Shown one piece after another: positions 26,009 through 39,204 of a stretch of 64,000 nucleotides of DNA. The stretch is from NCBI GenBank assembly GCA_040954595.2, contig CM082585.2:6225808-6289807 (forward strand), in the 5' to 3' direction. How positions within the stretch are numbered: position 1 is the stretch's first letter; each line of letters begins with the position of its first letter. Under the pieces are notes generated by a model. That model was not told the origin of the DNA. It did no database searches and saw nothing but the letters and a program-made list of their open reading frames with translations. A program made the translations under genes and the position numbers. This DNA comes from Balanoglossus misakiensis (lineage: Eukaryota; Animalia; Hemichordata).

Positions 26009-26503
26009 TATTTTTTTTTGTCTTCATGTACTTTTTGCATGACACAACTTGCCATGACAAATGTCAGAACAAGTCACAAGGACACTTAATTTTTCTTGTT
26101 TTAAATAAGGAGGCAGAGACAAACAATTTACTTTCACAAATTTATTTGACATTGTAATATATTTAAACTGACATTACACATATCTGTGGTCGACTATTTT
26201 CCATACATCTTAGAATACAGGTTAAAATAGTTTAGTGGCATAGTTGCCAAAAGTTACACTTACAAAAGCCATGAAAAAGTAAAAAATCTCTAAAAAAATC
26301 TTATGGTGAACTAGGATTGAAAGGTACATGATTGCCTAGTTCATATTTGTACATAACTTAAACTATCCATGTATTGACAATCAAATGACTTCTAAAAACT
26401 GTACGTCTGTACAGACCCTCCTACATGATAAATACTACTAATTACTCTATAATTAGTATTAAGACAAAGGACTGATATTCCTTCTAATGTATATCTTTAG
26501 ATA

Positions 26504-26673
26504 CAGTAAAACCTGTCTAAACTGAACCTTGTCTACTCTGGAAACCTGTCTACTTTTTTTCTGTCCCTTTCACATAGAACCACGTGTTAAAGGAACCTCT
26601 ATAAACCAGACACCTCCATAAACCAGGCAATTTCTTCAGTGCCTTTGGTGTATGGTTTAAACAGGTTTTACTG
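26504..26673. mobile_element. Tc1/mariner (pogo/Tigger-like) MITE, family A
   Basis: TA|CAGTAAAACCTGTCTAAAC ... GTTTAAACAGGTTTTACTG|TA. Confidence 0.85.
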
Positions 26674-28237
26674 TACATAAATTTCGTCAATCAGTTACAT
26701 AACACAATATACACAAGTAGAGGTGGTGACACCATATTTATAATTACAGAAAAAAGAGCCACAGTTTTTATTACACCAATACTTAAATAAAGACAGCAAA
26801 TATTTATGCAGCTAATCACCATCATGTACAGGTCTCACAATTTACTTACAACGATAAATTACTGTACATTTTTCTTAGAAAAGTTTCTTTGAAAAAAAAT
26901 TGGCAAGATTGTCGAAAAAGTGACATCATAGCAGAGCATGCAATCCTAAGTAAAGACAAGCAATTGGACTTAATTTTGATTTTTGGCAATTACAGAAATC
27001 TTCATAACAGCTCTCATTTTTTCCACTTGGCTAATGATATTTCTATGGCTATAATTATGATTGTATGTTGACAGTGTTAATAAATATTACTGGACAAACC
27101 TATAAACAATCTACAGACAGACAGACAGACAGACAGACAAGCACAGACATAAATTTCTACAGTAGAAATAAGCTGAAAAACTTGAGGGTGCTACCAAGAG
27201 TTTCAAAGATGGCAGGCACCCCATAGCCTACAAGTGTTCATTCTTGAAAATGGTTGTTTGCAGTAAAACAGTCACTGGTGAAATCTAAATTTTGTGAACA
27301 GTGCAGGTTGCTATAAATTTCAAAACTCACAGAAAAAAAAGATCATACCCTCATATCTGTTTAAAAATTCAAGAAATTTCCAGTCTTTCAACTCTCATCA
27401 AGCAGCATTTGAGGTAAAAAATGATTTTTTTTTATATGTGCCATATTGAATTAATCTGTGTGCTTCCAACCTCCACAATGTCACAAGGAATTAAATTAAT
27501 TCATCTAAAATTTTCAAGGAGTTATCATTTTTCAAAAATTAAAATTTCTTTCATGGAGCACACATACATATACCTGTAGGAGTATATCTGTCCACTTGTA
27601 AAGATAAACTCTCTAGAATTGTTTAAGATTGTCTCAGCTTTGTTACAAAATACATACTGTGAGAATACTCTAAAATCTGTCAAATGAGTTTTAAAAAATA
27701 CAGCCTGTTGGGTGAAAAAGGCAGCTTATTAAAAATCATCAATAATCATTTAAGACTTTAAAATTGACAACATCCTCACTATATTGACACTTGGTTAAAA
27801 TGTAGTTCTTTCTTCTTAAAAAGCGACAAGCAATTTTTACGTTGAAATAATTCCATTCTTATGAACTTGGGTTCATATATAATCAAAGTAAGTTGCTACT
27901 CTTTTGTGGTATTTTCAAGGTGCATTTTTGGTTACGGTAAAAAAAAAAATCCAGGTGTGATTGTACTGCGCGGTTGTACAAGATTGTGTCTGCAAATGGG
28001 GTTTTAATAAATACATTCATGATTTTCCGAAGTAACAATCATTTTTGAAGACTTACGATTATGGAGGAATGTGTGATACCCTGAAATGGAACGTACACGT
28101 AGTCTTTGCAAAGGAATATCAAATATACCGGTAATACAAAAATAAGTACTTTCCTTTTTTTGTGACTGTAAAAAAAAATCGAAGACAAGTCTTTGTGTTG
28201 ACGGCTTGCAGCATTTCAACCTCGCGAAGTTGAGTTA

Positions 28238-30203
28238 TCACACCGTATAGCTCCCAGCCTTTCCCTTGCCGGCTTTGTACGTCAACAGCGATGCTATCAA
28301 CGTGAGAACAGCACCGATGATGCAGAGATAATACGCCCACTGCATCTGACAAGTTCCTAGAAGACAAAAAAGAGTCATTTTTCCTTTTACAGTCAAACCT
28401 GTCTAAACCAAACCCTGTCAATACCAAACACATTTTTCTGTCCCTTTCGCATAAAAAAGGGAATTTCCATAAACCGAACACCTTCGCAAACCGAACAATT
28501 TATCAAGTCCCTTTGGTGTTCAGTTCAAACAGGATTTACTGTACTAGTATTATATTCAAAACTAACACTTCAGTTGTTTGTCATTATAGATATGTGAATA
28601 TATATACAATTTCTTAAAAACACAAAATCTGACAGAAAATTATCCTTTGAGTACATTGCAAGACATAATCTTCTAAATTTATAATCTACAGACGTTCCCA
28701 ACTGGTCAGTAATGCAGTCATTTTAAATCCAACCCTGATCAAAATTGGTGATGTTTGTTTAAAGTTCTATGATATTGTACCAACTGTTAAAGATCATGCA
28801 AGAGATTCAGGCAAGTCTGAATAACGACAATCTGAGAGTTTCATTCTCTTTCTCCTGACAGCAAGCACGTAAGCAGAGCACAGTGACAGATTGGTGGTAT
28901 GGGTTTTTTTCAGTGTACAGAAGGTATACACGTTCTGGCCTACTGACTTACCTAATTTGTACCGATCTGATTGGTTGCCACAGATTTCTTTCACTTGGAT
29001 ATGGCTCCAGCCATTGGGATATAGTGCACATCCACAGCCAATTAACAGACCTGGAAAATTGAATGATCACTTGATGTTAGTCAGTTCCACTTGCATTCAT
29101 TCATTCATTCATTCATTCATTCATTCATTCATTCATTCATTCATTCATTCATTCATTCGTTCGTTCGTTCGTTCGTTCGTTCGTTCATTCATTCATTCAT
29201 TCATTCGTTCGTTCGTTCATTTGTTCATTTTCATTCATTCATTCATTCATTTGTTCATTTTCATTCATTTGTTCATTCATTTATTCATTCATTTATTCAT
29301 TCATTTGTTTATTCATTCATTCATTCATTCATTCACTCATTTATTCATTCATTCATTCATTCATTCATATCAAGTTATTAGGATTTTTGAATGAATGAAT
29401 GAATCAATATATTAATTTGATTTACTTGCTCTGATCTACAAATTTCCTGTACAGATGTTTGTCAATTTTCAACATGACGGGGTGACCTTTGACCTTAAAT
29501 AATGACAGATTTCTGAGTCACAACATCTGAAAAATTTTCTCTCCTCTCCCACTAAGTTCTCATGGGAAAAATTCACACCCTAAAATGTAAGCAAATTAAT
29601 GTAAACAAAGAACCAAATGTTCAACGCAAAACATTTGGACTGAACAGAAAAAGGAAAGATAAAATTTCAAAGCAAATAACGAAAGCAGGGGTTTCATCAG
29701 AAATACATGTGCTGTATTTGAAAATATCGTTCATGTTTTTAAGTCCTGTTTTCTTCAACATGTCATTTTAAGTAAAAAAGCTGTAAAAAAACACACCCAG
29801 ATATGTCTCTAGAATATGCATTGACTTTTCACTTACCAGCGACAGCCTGTAGGCCACCAGCAATGCGTCCAACCTTTCTCGTAATCAAATCTTTTATACA
29901 ACACGACAGTAATGCTGTGAGTGAAATCAGAATAGCGAGTCCGCAGCCGACGCCGATAATCACAGTACAAATTTGCCACGAGATTGTCGGTATGTCGGCA
30001 AATCGGGTGTAACGTCCGCACTCAAAGATCATGGCCCCTTCCCTCAGGTAGTTACACCGTCGGAAGATCCCCAGGTGGATTGTGTTGTTGTTGTACGATC
30101 CCTCGATCCAGTACGGCAGGTAGTAGCCGGCGCAGGCCAACGCCGTCCCGAGGATGGACACGATCGACCAGACGACCCCGAGCTTCGTTAAGCTGCCCGC
30201 CAT
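28238..30203 (-). CDS. LHFPL6: LHFPL tetraspan subfamily member 6-like. Three coding exons: 30203-29837, 29050-28952, 28356-28238
   Basis: MAGSLTKLGVVWSIVS..GYYLPYW..GIFRRC..ECGRY..IP..WQICT..GVGCGL..GRIAGGLQAVA / GLLIGCGCALYPNGW..ICG / GTCQMQWAYY. This follows the LHFP(L6) layout with four TM helices, and the exon phases join. Confidence 0.9.
28390..28541. mobile_element. Tc1/mariner MITE, family A, in LHFPL6 intron
   Basis: TA|CAGTCAAACCTGTCTAAACC ... GTTCAAACAGGATTTACTG|TA. Internal CTGTCCCTTTC and CCTTTGGTGT are shared with the 26504 copy. Confidence 0.8.
29094..29367. repeat. (TTCA)n/(TTCG)n microsatellite
   Basis: Direct. Confidence 0.97.
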
Positions 30204-33116
30204 GTTCCTCTCTCCAGGAGTGCCGGCGATTATTCACTGACTGCGCCGATCTGTAAAACAGAAATGACACCAATTAACGATTCTAAGGCGCATTTCACAC
30301 ACAAGCCTATGCGAGGAGTCTGCATGTTCACTGTGTGAACTCCGACCCCCGGGTACATAAAATGCATGACAAAGTGATGCAGTGGTAGACTGCAGCTGTT
30401 CCTAGCTTGGAATTCCTCGCCGAGCACAAGTGGCATATTTAGTGGTTACGAGATTCTAGAAACACATGCAAAATTTCAGAAACTTTATTTTTTCAACGCA
30501 ATTGTCACAAATGTCCACTAATCTATATAAATTTTGTAGGGAGTTTTCAGTAATCATTGATTGGAGGACTGGGGCTAATTAGGGTAAATCAGTCATGTGT
30601 CGGTAATGTCCAGTATTCTTCCATATTGCTCGCATATCACTGTAAGTGACCCTCTCCTTATCTGTGACAAGTGAGCTCCTCATAAAGATAAAAATAAATG
30701 TAGTGTATTTATATTGTAAGGAAAACACTTCAGTCATGTTTGGGCTGGAACCATGCTATGAACTGGAGTAGACAGTATTACATTGTACATGTCAGACATA
30801 CCAATAATTCTAACCACGTGCCTTCGATAAAGCAATGAAAGTGCCTATTTAGTAAACATTTTTGACATTTTCTAACCCTTGCACCCTATTGACCCCCCCC
30901 CCCCAATGACGGATTCAAAGGGCAGAAATAGTGGGTATGTAGCAGTTGCAAAAATAATTTTCTGGTTCCACCCCAACACCCTGGCCAAACTGGAGTCACA
31001 AGTTGCTTGAGACGTTGGTGATTCAGTATATGAAAGTGTCATATTTACAGAAGCAGGTTGAAAATATCTTAAACATCATCAATACCCTGTAAATTTCTAT
31101 TACAAGGGTGGCACACCCCTATTAAAAGATTAATACCATTTTGCAGTATAGTAATTCCCAACCAAACTGATAAAAGTAGCAAACCAATGTTCCCCTTTAA
31201 TGCTCACTTAGTACACGCACATCCCCAAATTGGTTATTGTTGGGAACATATGGGCTTATATGTCCAGGACTTATTTTAATTTCGGCACTTGTAATGAAAA
31301 AAGGGGTAAATGTTCTTGGTGGTTAAAGTCACAATGTCTTCTAATTTTATCAGTTACAACTGCTTTTCGTTGTTACCTGCTTCTTGACACGTACGCATTT
31401 GGCCAAAACATTGAATCACTTCTACATTAACAGTACCCCAAAAATGCCACCCCAGTTATACTGGACAACTGGCATGCCATAAGTCGGTCAATCCCGACGG
31501 GGTACGGGTAGGAGCCGGTGTCGATCGCGTCGATAAAACCGGGGTCTCCAGCCCATGAAGTGAGGTGACCGTACCGAACGGAGACTATGGGGGGCTTTTA
31601 TAGAAGTATGAAGGTGTACTCCAGTGATACAATGTACTTCCTGTCGGTGTGTCTTGTAATAGCCGTCTGACACCCGTAGACTGAAAAAAAAACTGAGTCA
31701 GCTGCCGTGTACAATGTACCACTAGGTCATTTACATGATACCGTTTTACTTGTTGTAATCGGATTATCGATTGTGTACAATAACATCAGCAGTAGGACGG
31801 GAGGTGAAAACTAAGAAACCTGAAAATATGGATGGTATACAGCTGAATATTGTCAATACAGGTGTGCTGCAAGGACTGACCAAGCAAGGCCACATAATTG
31901 CTTCGGGGTTCGGACGTGCTTGTTACATGTATTAATGTCTACTTGGGCTTCCGTCTTACGCTTGTCAACGGGAGCGCAGTGAAGGTGAAATGAGGCGACG
32001 TGAAAACACAAACATACCTGTGCCGTTGCTGGTTCAATCGTAATTTGAATCTCTGTGTGACTGATCAGATGTATCCCCACCGCGATCTTGCCTATCAGAT
32101 CGTCTAATACTCAATTCTCGGCTGTGTTTTCACGTCTGTCCGGTCCGTCTCGCCCGGTGGTCTCATGATATGAACATTGGTGCAGAGGACGTCTCTGGCT
32201 ATCTCAGGGAGCGTTCATTATCTCTAAATGGGGCTATCAGTAGGTCAAGGCTCGCGTGTTGTGATAGGCGCTGATGGTCATATTTACACAGTGTATATTT
32301 ACACAGAGTTTAAGCAAACTTGCGTTTACATGTAACGGTGGGAGGATATATCTGCCTTTTGTCCAATTTTCTTTGAAGCTTGTGAAGAACAAATGAAGAA
32401 CAAACATAGCCCCACATTGTTGTTTACCAGGAAAATACTATAAGGTGGCCTTGTTTACAATGAAAATTGATAGTCTCCTGTAAACTGTCATATACAAGCC
32501 GTTTATTTAAACATGAATGTACAACATTCATGAACTTAATTTCTTCTCATTTGATAAAGCAACTACAGTGAAAAATACACCAGTTTGTGTCAGTTTACTT
32601 GTTTCTTGTAGTCAGGCATTCTTCTAGAAATAAACGACATTCTCGAATGTTTTCGCCTTTTTATTGGAATTTACAATTTTAATCTGGACATTTTCAATAG
32701 TCTTATGGTCCACCCTCGGGATAATTTATGAAAAGTCCCTAATGCATGTAATGACTGTCACGATAAATTATTCAAAGTTGAGGGGTCTGGTCATTTCGCG
32801 GATGCATGCTGGGAGGCACGAAACGTCATTTGTCACTCGCCAAAACACCTCTTTGAGTGCCCGGAGGCGCTTGTTGACCGGATGGGCTCAACATTAACAT
32901 TTTGCTATTATTCGGACCGTTCTCAGCTGACTAACATCTAACCGGTGATCAGGCTATCGCTCCTCGAAATAATTAAGATTCTGAGAACAAGGTTTTGTCA
33001 CATAGCGCCACCAACGACATTATCATAAAAGGTGCAGATTGTCAGATTTCGCCGACTGATCATCAAAAGGTAGCTATTGATCTGGTGTGTTTGTGATTAA
33101 GACGATTGTAATCGAG

Positions 33117-33803
33117 ATGGAGGATATGCCTGACACTGGTCCCGAAGACGTGATTTGTCTGAACGTCGGGGGACAGATATACACCACATCGCGAGCCACT
33201 CTCACCAGGTGTTCAGACTCGATGCTGGGCTCCATGTTCAGCGGTAGACTGCCCACTAAACGTGACTCCCAAGGTAACTATTTCATTGATGGAGACGGGA
33301 AGCTTTTCCGCTACATACTGAACTTCCTGCGGCGATCTAAACTGACGCTGCCCGAAGATTTCAAAGAACTCGAGATGTTGGAACTGGAGGCAGATTATTA
33401 TCAGATCACCGAACTGATAGAGTGCATCGAACGATTGAAACTTGAGAGAGAAGAGATGAGAGTTAAAGAGGAGCTCACCCAGGAATACGAATTCTTGGAA
33501 GTCGAATTCGAGTGTGCCACTTCCCAGTACATCATCTTCGCCGCAGCCTCCGTTCTTGAGAAGATACCGTCGCTGGTGAACCACTACAAGGATCTCAGAA
33601 ACTGGGGAGGCAAACACCGGATAGAGGAGTATGGTCTGTCTCTTCCGCGCGCGCGCGGCACTCGGACCGCCAAACCCATCGACAGAGTGATGCTGTTCCG
33701 AGAAGTCACTCAGCAAGGTTTTCAGCTCAGGTGCACATCGTCGAGCGGTGGCGACGAGCGAGCGACCGATCGATGGACATTTTACCGCCCTGTTCCAAAG
33801 TAA
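33117..33803 (+). CDS. BTB/POZ (T1-type) domain KCTD protein, KCTD6/11/21- or KCTD1/15-like; single coding exon
   Basis: ICLNVGGQIYTTSRATLT..DSMLGSMFSG..DSQGNYFIDGDGKLFRYILNFLR..LPEDFKELEMLELEADYYQI is the KCTD BTB signature. First ATG at 33117. The paralogue cannot be assigned by eye. Confidence 0.9.
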   Translation: MEDMPDTGPEDVICLNVGGQIYTTSRATLTRCSDSMLGSMFSGRLPTKRDSQGNYFIDGDGKLFRYILNFLRRSKLTLPEDFKELEMLELEADYYQITELIECIERLKLEREEMRVKEELTQEYEFLEVEFECATSQYIIFAAASVLEKIPSLVNHYKDLRNWGGKHRIEEYGLSLPRARGTRTAKPIDRVMLFREVTQQGFQLRCTSSSGGDERATDRWTFYRPVPK

Positions 33804-36082
33804 ACATTTTAAATAGGATCAGTAGATGTAACTTCTGATAATGTTTTCAGTATTTTTATTGTGTATCCACCACAGACTTGTTCTACTCTCAATAACATGT
33901 TGAAATGCACATAGCTGTGGAAATGCAGCTGTTCCGCAGGGGGGGTATGCTAATTAGGCGCAGGGTAATTAGCATATCCCCTTGGTAATGCTTCAGTGAG
34001 TGAAACAAGAAACTGCAGGTGTTGCGCTGACCAAAATAGTGAAATAATCATCAAAAGTTACTGTGCTACTATCCCTTGATCGTAACCTTGAATCTTTTTG
34101 CAATCATCGCTGGTTAACTCATTGCACAGACTTCACAAGCACAGTCAGTAAAAATAATCCTTCGTGTTTCTTACCATGTAGAAGTTGTGCGTCCTGTAGA
34201 GACTATTATATGTGGGTTTTTTTACAGGGAAGGTTTCTTTCTGGAAACTGGTTGAAATCTCTGTCACATTGACAAACTTTGCTTCCAAGGCTGAGTGGGT
34301 TGGTGTAAATTTTTACAGCCATTATGGCAATATACATGTAAACTACAGGATACAATGTATATTATTATATGGACTTGAATCAATTTGTAGTGTATAATGG
34401 TACATTATTTATTTATTTATTGGATATAAAACCTTGTGCAATACTAAGAGCTATTTTAATAGAACACTGATATCAATTTACTGTAACGATTTTATGTATG
34501 TATGTAACACACACACACACCCTGATTTTGATCTGCAGAGTGAAATAAATGTTCGTAATGCTAGTCTGATGCATATATGCTTTACATGTCCACAATATGA
34601 CTGAATGTTCTTAAAACCCAATCTGGCATTTTATACTGAAGAAAATCTACAGTAAAGCAAGGACGAGATTCCTCTTGTGGTATTTGATTTGAGATCTGTC
34701 CAACTGTATAGTTAAGTATAGTCACCTATGAAAAATTCAGTTACCATGACAAATTGCGATCTAGCCAATGATAGATTTTCACTTGGGTGGCCATGTGAAA
34801 ACGAGCAGCACCACCACAAAATTTACACACACTCTTATACCCATATATGGACATATGTAAATTAGAGGTGACTGTATACCTTCAATGACCGTGAATGGTC
34901 TTGTCAATTCACAAAAACCATCCAAAGTTAAATGTATGCGGAAACACACAATATCATACTGATATATTATTTTGCATCTATCCCCAAATTTAAGTTACAG
35001 ATATTAAAGGATATACAATTTGCAAGAATGACAGTCATGAAATTTCTTAGAATTACAAATTTTGTGATTCTCTTTGTAATTGTTACCAAACATACTAAAA
35101 TATTTGGGCCTTAATAGTGCTAATTCATGAAAGACGAGGCTATGAATTGATTGGACCAACAAATGTCGAGTCAGAAACTTTTCAATTGGGTTTCTGAAGG
35201 ACATTTGTTTACCTGAAAATTAAGTGGTGACAATAAAATTAGACTGGTACATTTAATGTCTTTTGACATTTATGTGCAAAAAATCGTGACAATGGAAATA
35301 TTAATCTGATTACTAGGAATATTAAATCAATGTAATTGCAAGAATAATCAAAATTCAATGGCCTTATAGTGCATGTACACACCAAACAATTGACACTGCA
35401 GCTGAATGGATAAGTTGTATCATTACAATCAAAATCCTAAAAACCCACGACTTTCTGCTCAGTTGAAAAGAAAAATTGGACAGCCTCAACTAATTTCAGA
35501 AAGGTTACGGAAATCCTAAAGACAAGAAAATATGACTGCGAAAATAAAAATCACCCAGAGCAGTAAGGTCTATTTATCAAGAAATTCTATCAGATACATC
35601 ATACGAAATATGTTTGAATTCAATCAGTTGAATTCTATAGAAGTACAATTGCAGTTTTCCGCTTTTTCTATATAAACCCCTAAGCACAATATTTTACACT
35701 TCATATACATTTTTATCCAAAAAAAATATTACTGAATATTTATAATAAATACTACTGGCGGTGAGATTTTAATCTCATTTAAAGGTGCACACAGTGTGAA
35801 GACATCAAGTATTTAAAATGCCAAATATTTCGCTTACCATTTTCATAGAAAACACTCAAAAAGCTGACGTTGGCAGTATATTCGGTCTTTGACATTTAGT
35901 TTTAAATATTTATAAGAAAAAAGCACCAAATAAATTAATGTATCATACAGCAGCTAGTTGATGGTCTTCACCTAAATAGCTCAATCTTATATACAAAGAA
36001 AACTCCAAATTTTGCGGTTAAAATGCCTCGTACAATTGCACAGCAGTGAAAATTCTATACCCATCCCCTGTTTGAGGTGCCC

Positions 36083-36176
36083 TTAACCCTTCCACCCCCA
36101 GTTCCTTCTTTAGAGGTCCAAGTTTACCATAGAAAACAATGGGTTTGGACTGAACCATGGTGCCGAAAGGGTTAAA
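36083..36176 (-). mobile_element. ~90-bp piggyBac-like MITE (TTAA|CCC..GGG|TTAA)
   Basis: TTAACCCTTCCACCCCCAGTTCC..GAGGTCCAAGTTTACCATAGAAAACAATGG..ACCATGGTGCCGAAAGGGTTAA. Confidence 0.8.
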
Positions 36177-36252
36177 CAGAACTCTCTTCCCCATCCCTGT
36201 CACGTGACCCCTAAGTATTTCTCATCCTAATATATATACATACTATCCTTGA

Positions 36253-39204
36253 TCAACTGTTGTTTGTGACTGGTTTAAATACATTAAAACACGACGCTGT
36301 GGTCGATGGCGTGGACGAGGTCAAAGTGACCACCGGCCCAGAAGGTGCAGACTGGATTGGACTTGACTCCTCCATACTACTACTGCTGGAAGAACTGCTG
36401 AAGAAAAGATACCACAGAATAAAAACAGAATCCATTCATTGTAGACTACGAGGTTTCAACATCACTTGGTATTATGGCAAAAATGGCATATCTGAGTGTT
36501 CTAAAAGAACATATGGTGGCACTCTTTTTTTCGCGTGTGCCACCCACTGAAAATCTGTGATTGGCTTGATCTCAATTTACCATGGTAACTGTAGCTAAAT
36601 TTCCATAGGTGACCATATATCTTTAGAAACACCTTCAGGAATAAAAACCTCATACAAAAATATCAAACAATCAATTAAAACAGTAACTTTAGTCTAGAAA
36701 TGGAAGGGTCATAAAAACAGCCAATTCTACAAGTACTTACCAGTGAGTTATTGGCTGAGGACAAGTCAACGGCCCACTGTCGTTAGACTCCGTGGCATAT
36801 CGCTTTGGTGGGCTCATTTCAACATCACAGTCACCTACTGAGATGTGACAAGACAAAAGACATTAATAAGTTACGCTTTCAGTTATCAGCAGAGTCAAAA
36901 TAAATACAGTTTAAGAGTTGCTCGTCAACATGTTCTTGTACTGGGACAGAATGTAATGTAGTGTGTGATAATAATAGCATTCATATCAAAGTACACTTGC
37001 TTTAATACTTAGATGCATTACAGTTCATTCACTGGGCAAATGATGATTCCCAAATATCCCAAGCTACTGTACAGAAATATCACATGCACACAACCCTTCC
37101 ATCACCATCCCCTCCACACACAAAGACCCACACAGACACACACACACATTGTACTTACATTTTCTTTTTAAAGTTTGTGCAAGTATACTTGGCCTAATTG
37201 TCACTGGACTCATACTTCTTCGACTGGAGAACGTCCTCCTAGTTGGACTAGGTGTGGGACTTGGGGTAAGTGAACTGCTACGGACTGGCATTTGCATCGA
37301 TGGGGAGTAACATTGCTGGGGGAAAAAAGTACCAAATATTAGTCATTTTACAGTCATTATTGTATCCAAGATGGACTAGTCAGGTATGCTTGAGTAGATG
37401 ATATCAGATGGATAAGTTTGATCCAAGTGATAAACTCCCACTCTCAACTTGATTTACTTGCAACTGAAAAAAAGTATTTTGAGGGAAGACTTCAAGAAGA
37501 TACCTTACCTTTCCCAATATTCTTGTAGGAGACGGTGACGGGGATGAGGATAACGGCAAGGATGACGGGAATATTGTTAATGGTTCAGCAAATTTGCTGA
37601 GCGACTTGTCACTTCTGGTACTCGTGGAATCATCCTGAAAATCAGATACAAGAGGAAATGTTTACAAGTCATCACAATAACAAAGAATGAAAGAGTGAAA
37701 TGGGGGTGAAGGGTTAAAAGCAAACATGTTTGAGTCATTCCAACTACTTACGACTGAGAAACCATCCCAGGAGCGGCTCAACTGAATTGAAGAGGTTACC
37801 TCTCTGTCGATCAGAAAGAGAAAACAAAGTCATAAGTTTCACACCATACCACATGCAGTGAAAATAGCAAAATGTACATACCACTATAGTCTATCATCTA
37901 CTGCAGATTCCATTATGACATGAATGATTGCCACGAACTACAAATACATTTGAAATTGCCAAATTCAAACAGTTTTAGTGTAACATATAGAGATCACCAC
38001 ACATGGAGAAACTGCTGATAAAATGCATTACTTTGTTCACTCATTTATACCAGGTACTTACTTTTCATGTACACTTTCCCTTCTGTTCACATCATGGGCC
38101 AGTCTTTCTTCTTGTTTTATTTGGATTATTCGTGAAGGGATTTTGATTGGTGTTGAAGTCTGTGAATGCAATGAAAAAATTATATAAAAGTGAGTGCACA
38201 ACAGTGTCAGGCATGGTCATGCAAAATTTATCAATTACTGGAGGAGATCATTGATTCTCGTCAAAAGTACTTACTGTTCTAGATGGTGATTTGTTTATAT
38301 GGTTATTTACACCTGCTGATAGACTCGTGCTGTGTCTTCTGATTCTTCCCAGCATAAAATGTTCAAACACTGGTGCTTCGTCATGACTGAGAAGGAAATT
38401 GAGGTAAAAATCCATTTTTTAATGAGTGTACGTTGGTGCACTGAGTGTGGATGAGGTCAGAGGTGACACCATCTGGAGGTCATAACTGATGATGTGACCA
38501 GCTGATGGGGCAGTTATAAAAATGCATAATAGCGGATTGATGAAAGTTCCTCAACTCAGTGGCACATTTGATATATCATGAATTTTTATAAAAAGTATAG
38601 CAAAATTATCATCAGGGTTCCCAAAATCATTTACTTAAAAATGATACCAAACCACAGAAGAAACACTGTGATATTGTACCTAAATTACTTCCTTCTATTT
38701 ATTTTGGAATGCAGATCATGTAGTTTCAGATTCCCAATCACCAATTAGTAATTAATCATCTCCGAGAACTTCCACCTCGAATTTTTCAAGTTCCTCAGCA
38801 TTTCCTACAGCCATTTCCTACAACCTACTGACCAGGGCCGGTCAGTTGCAATGTACTAACTCACTGAGAATGTTGAGGCTCTATTATAGGCATTTACAGC
38901 TGAAACATGCCATTGCGAACAACAACATTCGACTGTATTCCCCAACTGCATTTTTTCCTGTCTCTAATTCCCAAATATTCAGTCTCACGCGAACCACCAG
39001 TAAATTTTCAGGTACCAGAGTCCCATTCAAACCCACGATGAATGAAAAACATGCACTGACTCACCTGCTGGAACTTGAGCTTGACGTCGAGGCTATCGAC
39101 GGCAAACTATTCGAACGTCTCAAATTGGTACCACCGGGTTGAGAGCAGGGTGGTTGGTACGCATCCACTTCCATATCGCCCGGTTCCATGGCTCCGTTGT
39201 ACAT
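36253..39204 (-). CDS. PABIR1: PABIR/FAM122-family PP2A-B55 inhibitor. Eight exons: 39204-39065, 38386-38275, 38159-38062, 37803-37752, 37634-37509, 37315-37159, 36837(34)-36741, 36397(94)-36253
   Basis: Spliced product contains LRRSNSLP, SRIIQIKQEE..NRRESVHEKEV..QLSRSW and PSPTRILGKQCYSPSMQ..PSPTPSPTRR..RRSMSP..IRPS..LKRK, the FAM122 conserved blocks in order. The start could be 39204 or 39189. Probably the single pro-orthologue of FAM122A/B/C. Confidence 0.88.

Noticed and set aside
19049-26157. Short ORFs MKKAWVIAHENHPKMTIFRLSEISKF in the satellite
   Set aside because: 88 is not a multiple of 3. The ORFs arise only at indel variants or the array edge and start at non-ATG codons.
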